Under the pieces are notes generated by a model that was given only the letters and a program-made list of their open reading frames with translations, was not told where the DNA came from and searched no databases. A DNA stretch of 64,000 nucleotides, from positions 1 through 64,000 of IMG/VR virus record IMGVR_UViG_3300013093_003863; one strand, given 5' to 3'. The number at the start of each line of letters is the position of its first letter. Within the stretch, counting starts at the first letter, position 1. The DNA comes from a virus. A program made the translations under genes and the position numbers. Of the stretch, positions 19,093 to 26,600 are shown in pieces.

Positions 19093-19829
19093 TTGGTTTG
19101 TGCAGGAATAATGTAGTCGTATTCGATAAGTCCACTGTCTACAGTGATCTTACTTGCACCTTCGTCACTCATTTTGAATGTTTTGTCTCCGGGCAAGGCC
19201 AAGATAGCCAACACCACGTTAACGGGCCAATGCCAACTTTGCTTGGTAAAGCTACCAGTAACTCCGGCTTGGAAAACAAAGTTACCGGCATGGCTAGTTG
19301 GGTCACCAAAGTAAAATACCAAATTGCCATTGCTGTCAGTCTTGGCCGTAAACGTAGTTTCTTCACTGTTGGCACTGGCTTGATAACGAAGTCGTGTAAC
19401 ATTGGCAACTGCGGGCACAAAATCCACACCCCACTTGACACCTTTAAACTTCACAGTCTTTAACTTGTCATTGATCACATTGGCATCCATGAACCGATAG
19501 TCGTTTTTGAAGTCGCCCACTTTGTTTTCAAAGTGAATACCACAAGGCACTGTATCGCCTGTGCTGTTGGTTTGAGTGTTAATGGTAATCTTGGCATTCT
19601 CTCGATATTCTTCAATGCCCAAAATAGTTTTTAGTTTGCCTAAATTTGGCATACCAAATGTACCAATAAAGTCAGAATGTGGGCTTTTAAAACGTGCTTC
19701 TAAAATAACAGTTCTATCTTCGCTTACGCTATTGATCAGCGTTTCTGTTTCGGTACCGGTAATTTTAATTAGGTCAATATTGCCCAGTCCGTTGGTGTGT
19801 TGTACGATGTCTTTTAAATAATCTTGCAT
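19089..19829 (-). CDS. probable DNA sliding clamp (gp45-like)
   Basis: 246-aa alpha/beta protein near PolB, ends YDYIIPA; clamp loader also in window. Confidence 0.6.
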   Translation of the reverse strand: MQDYLKDIVQHTNGLGNIDLIKITGTETETLINSVSEDRTVILEARFKSPHSDFIGTFGMPNLGKLKTILGIEEYRENAKITINTQTNSTGDTVPCGIHFENKVGDFKNDYRFMDANVINDKLKTVKFKGVKWGVDFVPAVANVTRLRYQASANSEETTFTAKTDSNGNLVFYFGDPTSHAGNFVFQAGVTGSFTKQSWHWPVNVVLAILALPGDKTFKMSDEGASKITVDSGLIEYDYIIPAQTK

Positions 19830-19847
19830 AATTTCTCCTATAAGTTG

Positions 19848-19876
19848 ATTGTAACAGATGTATTTAGATTTGTCAA
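19848..19876 (-). promoter_or_regulatory. sigma70-type promoter with nested late TAAATA
   Basis: TTGACA-17nt-TACAAT; TAAATA at 19861-19866 inside the spacer. Confidence 0.7.
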
Positions 19877-20880
19877 TTTGTTTTTATAAATTTCTTTAAA
19901 AACGGTGAAATTGTCACGTGTGATTTTTCGGCCACCAAAGCCAACTGTTGGCACATGGTCGAATGCATTGGATGTGAAGCACGGCTAACGTCCTGACTGT
20001 CAAAGTTGTCAAAAGTTCCCCAATTGTCTAGTTTGGTGTATTCGCCCGTAAAACCGTAGCGTTGGCACAGATCAGCAAACGGCACAATACTGGACACATT
20101 CATTGCCGACACCACAAACAACAGAGTGACTTGAGCATTACGGGGTCGGTTGTTGCGTAACCATTCTAAATTTTCCAACAATGCATCAAACTTTCCGGGT
20201 CTACGAACCACCTCGTATACCGATTCAGATCCGGCGTCGACACTGATATGAAACTCGCTGATGTGTTCAAGTATGCTTGATGTTGGCAACAGTTTTTTCA
20301 TTAACAAACCATTTGTGTGTAGCTTGATGGTTTGATGGTTTTTGGGTTGCCAATTCAACAACAACGGACGCATGATTGCACTGGCCAAGGGATCGCCATT
20401 GCCGCTCATGACAATATGCACTGGTTCTGTGAATTGATTTACAAGATCGATCAAATGCATTACCTTGGCCAATCTAGTGTGGTATAGCGGGCCCGAGGTG
20501 TGGTTAATGGACTGCCTACGACAACTAGGGCACGATAAGTTGCAACTTTCGTCGATATTGATGCCAATTTGGTATCGATTCATAACATGATCGGCATTGA
20601 TAATGCCACAATGTTGTACAGCACAATAGGTATAACTGCGATCCAGTATTGTTTGTTGTAACTTGATGGCAATAGGATTGGTCCATACGTCTTGCAAACG
20701 ATCAAAGTCGGTAATATTGCCCACACTGACTGGAAGATGTGCTTCGCATTGGCAAACATAACAGTCACCTTCAAGATCGATGTTGACCACTCGGAACGGT
20801 TGATCACAGTGATTGTTGATAGGCGTGGGCCAGTCCTGTCCACGCGGATAGTTGGCAAATATTATGGGGTTATACTGCAT
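19873..20880 (-). CDS. radical SAM protein with N-terminal SPASM/twitch-like Cys cluster
   Basis: CDQPF..CYVCQC; SCNLSCPSC; GNGDPL; HTNG; SVDAG. Confidence 0.85.
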   Translation of the reverse strand: MQYNPIIFANYPRGQDWPTPINNHCDQPFRVVNIDLEGDCYVCQCEAHLPVSVGNITDFDRLQDVWTNPIAIKLQQTILDRSYTYCAVQHCGIINADHVMNRYQIGINIDESCNLSCPSCRRQSINHTSGPLYHTRLAKVMHLIDLVNQFTEPVHIVMSGNGDPLASAIMRPLLLNWQPKNHQTIKLHTNGLLMKKLLPTSSILEHISEFHISVDAGSESVYEVVRRPGKFDALLENLEWLRNNRPRNAQVTLLFVVSAMNVSSIVPFADLCQRYGFTGEYTKLDNWGTFDNFDSQDVSRASHPMHSTMCQQLALVAEKSHVTISPFLKKFIKTN

Positions 20881-21814
20881 TGTTTCTTGCTACAATTTTG
20901 CCCATGGCCTGATGTGCCTTGATTGTGTGCAACACCCCGGGACGTTGAATCTCTAACCAGCTGATGTTTGGGGCAAAGAAAAAATCTTCAACAATTTCAA
21001 ATCCCACGCTTTCGCAGGTGGGAATCAATAGACTTTTTGGCATGTAGGTTTGAGCAAAGTTTTCGGCCATGCCGGCACCGGCCGGAGTATCGCCGTCGTT
21101 GTAACTGAACAAAAACACTCCTCCAGGTCGCATAACAGTTTGCAGTTGCTTCAGCACCTGTGTCACAGTATCTAAACTAACGTAATTGAAATGTCCCCAA
21201 CTAAACACAAATGCAAATTGATTTTTTGGCAATGCACCGAGATCGTAATTTTTTAACGGATACTTTCTTAATCGATTTTGATATGGTGCAGGAAATCGAC
21301 TGTTGGTGCTGTCTAAAAATTCAGGAAATGGATCCATGATATAAAGCGGATCGGCAGCTACCAAAAACTGTGTCCATTCGCCGTCTCTACATCCTATTTC
21401 CAAAGCCGGATAACGCCAATTGGTGTGCAGCAGTATTCGTTGCTTGACAGTTTGCTCGACATCTTCACGTAGTGCAATTTTGCGATTATTACGCACATTG
21501 TCAATTCCGCCAGTGCGTTCTTCCAGTTCGTAACTGTCGCTGAACAATCGATGTGCAATATCGGTTATCTTGTTTGTTAAATGAGTCAGTGTGACTTTGT
21601 TTTGCTCCAAGGGCAATTGAGTTTGAGTCAAGATATTGTCGTAGTGTGCAATTAAAGTATCGATATACTTTTCGTATTCGGGATCGATACTGTTGACCTG
21701 TAATCGAATATTGCCTAGTTTGGTTTTTAATTCGTTAATGGATGCAACCACCGGGCCAATATCCAGTTGTTGGCTCAACGACTGTTTTAACGAAACTAGA
21801 TCGTGCAACGACAT
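20870..21814 (-). CDS. coiled coil plus class I SAM methyltransferase
   Basis: ALEIGCRDG motif I, MRPGGVFLF; start reassigned to MSLHDL. Confidence 0.7.
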   Translation of the reverse strand: MSLHDLVSLKQSLSQQLDIGPVVASINELKTKLGNIRLQVNSIDPEYEKYIDTLIAHYDNILTQTQLPLEQNKVTLTHLTNKITDIAHRLFSDSYELEERTGGIDNVRNNRKIALREDVEQTVKQRILLHTNWRYPALEIGCRDGEWTQFLVAADPLYIMDPFPEFLDSTNSRFPAPYQNRLRKYPLKNYDLGALPKNQFAFVFSWGHFNYVSLDTVTQVLKQLQTVMRPGGVFLFSYNDGDTPAGAGMAENFAQTYMPKSLLIPTCESVGFEIVEDFFFAPNISWLEIQRPGVLHTIKAHQAMGKIVARNNAV

Positions 21815-21815
21815 C

Positions 21816-24479
21816 TTATTCCCAACTAAACAAACTGTCAAATGTGCTACTGATATCGGTATTGGCTTCAATATCCCAGCCTAATACTCCCAACAAATTT
21901 TCTACCTTTTGATCCACAATAGTACTTTCCATAAGTCCGTTGTCAAACGGCAAGTCTTTGAACCACTGTGGAATATGTAACACGTCTGTGGGATAACCAA
22001 CACTGGTATAGCCTAAAGGATTGTCTTTTAATTTGCACACAATGGTTTTCATACCATCAACAATAGCACTACTATAGTTATCTCCGTGCATACGCTTTAG
22101 ATTATTCCAGTTCATTGCGGCTCTAACGTGTCCGGGCATGTTGGCTTTGCCTAGTCGTTGTTCTTCGGCAGTGTACTTGGTTAGGTTGTTGACACGTTTG
22201 GGAGTGCCCTTTTCCCAAGCCGGACGATCTTTAAAAGCAATCTTGAACTCTTTTACCTTTTCAATAACGGTGTCACGTTCGGCTCCAGTTAGCACATCCA
22301 TCAAGATCTCGCTCAAAAAGTTTTGCACCACCTTGGGAGTGTCACTTCGCTTCAAGTCCAAGCCCATGGCTTTTACTTTACCTGGGCTACCATGTGTGTC
22401 TAAACGTTTGCCTTCTTTGTCTACAATAAGAACTGCATAGCGTTTCTTTTTAATAAACAAGCCTTTACTAGCAACAAGTTCTCGACCGCCCTTGATGATA
22501 GCTCCCATTTCTCTAGGACAATGAAATGCACGTTCCATAAATGCCGGGAATGATTCGTTTACCGAGTCAGCAATGGTATCATATAACTGTATAGCGATGT
22601 CTTTGTTCCATTCCATTTTACCAGCTTCAACTTCTTCACGCACCATGGGCCAAGCCGAGAAGTAAACCGAGTCAGTGTCACCGTATATGATTGCCTCGCC
22701 CACGTGATCGTACCGGCCAGTTATTGCTTCATTGACATGGCCATCCATGTGGTGTGCAATTCCGCGTCCGGTAAGTGTCGTTGATTGTCCAATACGCTTG
22801 TCAAAAAAACGACAACCAGGGTTGAGTAAAGCACCATATAAACTATTAAGATTAATTTTCTTAACCAGTTGTCGTTTATCCCAATAAGCCTTATCTTCAT
22901 CTGTTTCTGCTTCTTTAAGTTTGGCCTGCATTTGTTTGCGTTCGGCATACCAACGTTCTAGCAACGCTGGTATAATACCTTTACGGTCATACTTGAATAT
23001 GGTACCATTAGCACTCAGCGTCCAAGGTTGATTACTGTTAAAAACAATATCCCATACCTGTTTGGCACTGTGTACGGTTTCTTTTCCATCTTCCCAGTCT
23101 ATTGTGATCTCGGTACCCACTTCACCTGCCATGACAGCAGTATATTCTAAACTGCCAAACAGGCCCTCCCATGCATCTGCAAAGTTACCACCGTTCTCAC
23201 GCATCTTGTTTGCAATGTAGAGATCGGTCATTACGGGCCGGAGTTGCCCGATGATGGTTTCCGGTCCCATGTTAAGGGCTCGAATAGCCGAGGGATAGAG
23301 ACTGTTGATGTCGATTGCCCCGATGTATTCGTGCATGCCTCTTTTGGGATAAGCAACATAGGCACCTGCGGCTTGCGTTTGTTCTTTGTCATCACGACCC
23401 TTTCTGTTAGGAACTACCATACCACGTTGATGAGCATCGTTAATAATCGCCTGCTCGGTCACTGCCACTGCACCCATTGTAGTGGCCAGCAATACTGTGT
23501 TATCATGTGCCAATTCGTTTGCAAGATCCAAGAAGCGCAGTTTCTTGTCAAATTTTGCAATCAGCATTGTGTCCTGTCGGTTATACTCAATAAACTTGGG
23601 AAAGTCCATGTTGTACAATTGATCCAGTGTTCCTTCATAAGGCGTTTTGCTTTCGCCCAGTTCGTATTCGGCAATAGCATCCAAGCTATAACTGTGTCGT
23701 TCTTCGTATGTGTACTTGCGGTACAGTTGCATATAGTCCATATGCACACGACCAATCAAGTCAAATGTAATATTTTCTGCACCAAAGCGTTCAAATGTAC
23801 GCTCTTTAGGCATTTGATTCCACAAACACAAACGTCTTAGGTCATCTCGGCTCAGAGCTTTCACAATACGTCCCACAGTATAGGGAATATCAAAGCCTTC
23901 ACTGTTCCACCCACTTAGTATGTCGGCGTCTTGTATAATATCCAAGAATGTATTGATCATGTCTTCTTCACGTTCAAAAAGAAAACAATTGTCAAACTTA
24001 CTGCATATCTCTTTGGCAGTATCCCAACTTATTGATTTTGGAGGAACTACTAGAGTAACTAATTTATCCAACCAATCTAGGTATAAAGAGAACGCGGTAA
24101 TTTTATTAAACGGATCTTTTGTTGGGGCATAACCTTTAGTGGGATCAAAATCAACCTCAATGTCAAAAAATGCAGTTTGTAACTTAGGCGAGTTCGCTCC
24201 CAAGTAATTTGATTCAAGACAACGAAATATGGGATTGATATCACTTTCCCATAGTCTTTTACCTGAATTTATTTTTAGTTCTTTATGATATTCTTTGCTA
24301 TTCCTAGTATGGAATCGCGAAACCGGAGTATCAAAGATGGTGCGGTGTCGGCCTTTGGGATCGTCGTAATAAAAAACATACTCGGCAGCATATTCTTTAT
24401 AAACTCGTTCACCATCAACACGTTCAACAACGTGTATTCGATCTTTTGCTCGGTCAAAGAGAGCGTCTACATAACTCAT
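21816..24479 (-). CDS. family B DNA polymerase (T4 gp43-like)
   Basis: ExoI FDIEV, ExoII GWNSEGFD, DINSLYPS, KINLNSLYG, YGDTDS, KKRY. Confidence 0.96.
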   Translation of the reverse strand: MSYVDALFDRAKDRIHVVERVDGERVYKEYAAEYVFYYDDPKGRHRTIFDTPVSRFHTRNSKEYHKELKINSGKRLWESDINPIFRCLESNYLGANSPKLQTAFFDIEVDFDPTKGYAPTKDPFNKITAFSLYLDWLDKLVTLVVPPKSISWDTAKEICSKFDNCFLFEREEDMINTFLDIIQDADILSGWNSEGFDIPYTVGRIVKALSRDDLRRLCLWNQMPKERTFERFGAENITFDLIGRVHMDYMQLYRKYTYEERHSYSLDAIAEYELGESKTPYEGTLDQLYNMDFPKFIEYNRQDTMLIAKFDKKLRFLDLANELAHDNTVLLATTMGAVAVTEQAIINDAHQRGMVVPNRKGRDDKEQTQAAGAYVAYPKRGMHEYIGAIDINSLYPSAIRALNMGPETIIGQLRPVMTDLYIANKMRENGGNFADAWEGLFGSLEYTAVMAGEVGTEITIDWEDGKETVHSAKQVWDIVFNSNQPWTLSANGTIFKYDRKGIIPALLERWYAERKQMQAKLKEAETDEDKAYWDKRQLVKKINLNSLYGALLNPGCRFFDKRIGQSTTLTGRGIAHHMDGHVNEAITGRYDHVGEAIIYGDTDSVYFSAWPMVREEVEAGKMEWNKDIAIQLYDTIADSVNESFPAFMERAFHCPREMGAIIKGGRELVASKGLFIKKKRYAVLIVDKEGKRLDTHGSPGKVKAMGLDLKRSDTPKVVQNFLSEILMDVLTGAERDTVIEKVKEFKIAFKDRPAWEKGTPKRVNNLTKYTAEEQRLGKANMPGHVRAAMNWNNLKRMHGDNYSSAIVDGMKTIVCKLKDNPLGYTSVGYPTDVLHIPQWFKDLPFDNGLMESTIVDQKVENLLGVLGWDIEANTDISSTFDSLFSWE

Positions 24480-24489
24480 ATGGTTCCTT

Positions 24490-24536
24490 TATGTGATTTT
24501 GAGCTCACACATACTCTACATGTTGGTTGAGCCAAC
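24490..24536 (-). promoter_or_regulatory. tandem hairpins just 5' of the polymerase SD (candidate translational operator)
   Basis: GUUGG-CUCAA-CCAAC and UAUGUG-UGAGCUCAAAAU-CACAUA, both containing GCUCAA. Confidence 0.5.
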
Positions 24537-24540
24537 GACT

Positions 24541-24846
24541 CTATATGCTTTTACTTATCATTCTGACAAGCCCCACACTGTCAATTGTTATCAAAAAAAC
24601 TGCATTGGCCATTAAGCCAAAACTGCCTCGAGTATAACAACTCCACGCACTGGCACAACATCCCGATATAAAAATACAGTACAAGGGTATAATGGGAATA
24701 TCCGGTGCCGTCACAGCAAACATTACAGCACTGACCACACTGCAAAGCCAAGCAAATGCTTCGGCACAAAAACGCAGTGGATTGCTTGCCCAATCTCGTT
24801 GAATGTACTGGATAATATTTTTGATCATGCGGTCAAGTTGGTCCAA
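24541..24846 (-). CDS. small membrane protein
   Basis: three hydrophobic segments. Confidence 0.65.
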   Translation of the reverse strand: MDQLDRMIKNIIQYIQRDWASNPLRFCAEAFAWLCSVVSAVMFAVTAPDIPIIPLYCIFISGCCASAWSCYTRGSFGLMANAVFLITIDSVGLVRMISKSI

Positions 24847-25832
24847 AAACGAATACTGTTGCGTGCCCAGATGTCAAGCAAACGTCGATCGTATTTGGCA
24901 GTGCTTCGTAATTTGGCATCGATTACGGCATACAATTCGGCACCGGTGGCACGTAGTACGCCCAAGTCCGTCACATGTTCGGTCCATTGATACTGACTGT
25001 CAACCACTGTGGGAATGAATTGAGCCGACTCCAATATGGCCAAACTAAAACATTCGTTCTTGCTGGGCACAAAAGCAACACGGCACTCACTGATCAATTT
25101 GAACATTTCGTCTCGTTGATCAAGACCAAATGTGTACACATCTGCACCGGCAAATAGTTCACTGTCAGGCTCGTGTGTGATCACAGTCGGGGTCACTGCC
25201 AATGCCCGTGCCATGGCCATGAATTCTCTGGCACCTTTACGATCGGTAGTGTCGCCGATGTATAACAATCCACGTGTTTGATTGGATCCTATTAGGCCTT
25301 GTGGCACAAATGGTGGCGGAGTGTAAACGGGTCTTTTGGGATGAACTTGATGACTGTAAGGAGCACACATGCCAACTCGCCATTCGGTACTGTTCACAAC
25401 ATCAATCTGTTGTTGCAAATATTCATCACTCAAGAAACTGTAACGCCCGTCGTTGTTCATTACATCACTCTCGTGTTGTACAAATATGCCATTATGGTAA
25501 TTGGCCGATGCAGCAAGGTAACTGTGCAAGTCGTGTGCAACAACCAAATCAGCCATTATACAATTTTGGTTACAGACTTTGTCTATATCTTGTATAATTT
25601 GCGGATCCACCTGCAACCAAACGTGTCCGTCTCGCATGTTGGGTTGATAAGTACTGACATCGTTTGAGTATAATACAGTATCTGCACGTATCGCCTGAGT
25701 GGGCCGTGCATCGGTAATAAACACAGTTCGATACCCCATGCTCTTGTGCAAATCTAATACAGTATTGATATAACGCACAATGCCGTTGGGACGTACTAAT
25801 ACACTACTACAGGTATGAACAATAGTCTTCAA
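24825..25832 (-). CDS. GT-B (GT4-like) glycosyltransferase
   Basis: NGIVRY, YIGDTTDRKG, VPSKNECFSLAILE (ExxxxxxxE). Confidence 0.78.
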   Translation of the reverse strand: MKTIVHTCSSVLVRPNGIVRYINTVLDLHKSMGYRTVFITDARPTQAIRADTVLYSNDVSTYQPNMRDGHVWLQVDPQIIQDIDKVCNQNCIMADLVVAHDLHSYLAASANYHNGIFVQHESDVMNNDGRYSFLSDEYLQQQIDVVNSTEWRVGMCAPYSHQVHPKRPVYTPPPFVPQGLIGSNQTRGLLYIGDTTDRKGAREFMAMARALAVTPTVITHEPDSELFAGADVYTFGLDQRDEMFKLISECRVAFVPSKNECFSLAILESAQFIPTVVDSQYQWTEHVTDLGVLRATGAELYAVIDAKLRSTAKYDRRLLDIWARNSIRFWTNLTA

Positions 25833-26095
25833 AGTGTTTTACCAACTGTTTCCAAAATTGTGTTCAATTCGTCATGATCTCTATTGGTTTCACCTAAACG
25901 TGCTTTGTGTGCAATTTTGATTGCCTTCTTTAGCGTGGCCGGTTTGATTTCTAGCTCTTCACCAATTGCCTTGATTGTTTCATTAAGCCCAGTGTTCAAG
26001 TCTTCTACTTCTTGCATTACTTGGCATCCCTCATTTATAAGTTGAGTCAATTTAATTTTTGCATCACCATTAAACGTTCTGTTGTAATCGGACAT
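25829..26095 (-). CDS. small dsDNA-binding protein (T4 DsbA/GapR-like)
   Basis: 88-aa helical protein EELEIKPATLKKAIKIAHK; AGGAG SD. Confidence 0.6.
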   Translation of the reverse strand: MSDYNRTFNGDAKIKLTQLINEGCQVMQEVEDLNTGLNETIKAIGEELEIKPATLKKAIKIAHKARLGETNRDHDELNTILETVGKTL

Positions 26096-26114
26096 TTGTT
26101 TCTCCTAAAATTGT

Positions 26115-26143
26115 ATTATACGGGAGATGTTGTAGAAATGCAA
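26115..26143 (-). promoter_or_regulatory. sigma70-type promoter
   Basis: TTGCAT-17nt-TATAAT. Confidence 0.75.
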
Positions 26144-26149
26144 TAGTAG

Positions 26150-26263
26150 AATGCTCACTTTGTACAGAATCTGGCGTAACTCATGTACTGGGCAGCAGCC
26201 GCCCACTTGACGCCTGGGCTTGCGCCCTAACCGTTGCGACAACGGAACCTAAGGTAGGTGTCT
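26150..26263 (-). ncRNA. candidate multi-stem structured RNA overlapping the ACP stop codon
   Basis: GACACCU/AGGCGUC closing CCGUUG/CAACGG and GGGC-GCAA-GCCC; UGGGC/GCCCA; GUACA/UGUAC; possible loop UGCU to 3' AGCA pseudoknot. Confidence 0.6.
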
Positions 26264-26476
26264 GTTGACCAAATCCAATACTTCTTGTAATGTGCTTACT
26301 GCGATATCATCATTGGGGATTGTGATTTTATATTCGTCTTCGAGTCTAAACACCAACTCCATTCGAGCTAGACTGTCTATACCCAAACTGTCCAAAGTGG
26401 TGGATAAAGTCCAATTGGTGGCATCAAGATCTTGGTCCTGGGCTATAAAATCAAACAATTGTTGTGGTGTTATCAT
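26249..26476 (-). CDS. acyl carrier protein
   Basis: LDSLGIDSLARMELVFRLEDEYKITI phosphopantetheine Ser motif; 75 aa from ATG 26476. Confidence 0.85.
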   Translation of the reverse strand: MITPQQLFDFIAQDQDLDATNWTLSTTLDSLGIDSLARMELVFRLEDEYKITIPNDDIAVSTLQEVLDLVNRHLP

Positions 26477-26483
26477 ATAAATA
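26476..26483 (+). promoter_or_regulatory. T4-type late promoter
   Basis: exact TATAAATA, 4 nt upstream of a closed RNA stem. Confidence 0.6.
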
Positions 26484-26487
26484 CTTA

Positions 26488-26597
26488 GTGCCGTTGCGAT
26501 ACGGACCGATAAAGATTTGAAGAACCTGAGGATTTTCCGTGTCTCTCCTCTGGGCAACAACGAATTGGCAGACGAGCTTCATTAATTATCACGGCAC
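26488..26597 (+). ncRNA. candidate 110-nt small RNA
   Basis: terminal stem GUGCCGU/ACGGCAC, nested GAUAA/UUAUC, UGAAG/CUUCA, GAGGA/UCCUC; fills the whole intergenic gap. Confidence 0.6.
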
Positions 26598-26600
26598 GCT

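Noticed and set aside
21816-24479. Intein or intron in DNA polymerase
   Set aside because: 887 aa with normally spaced motifs; no splice-junction residues or frame break.
26215-26235. Pistol ribozyme suggested by GGUUAGGGC on the minus strand
   Set aside because: Lacks the enclosing P1, the AAAUA linker and the complementary CCCUAA pseudoknot strand.
26102-26251. Read-through of the ACP UAG into an open downstream frame
   Set aside because: The ACP domain is complete at the stop, and the extension looks non-protein-like and crosses a promoter.
26526-26566. Hammerhead ribozyme suggested by CUGAGGA
   Set aside because: No stem II followed by GAAA and no matching stem III; the motif lies within another stem.
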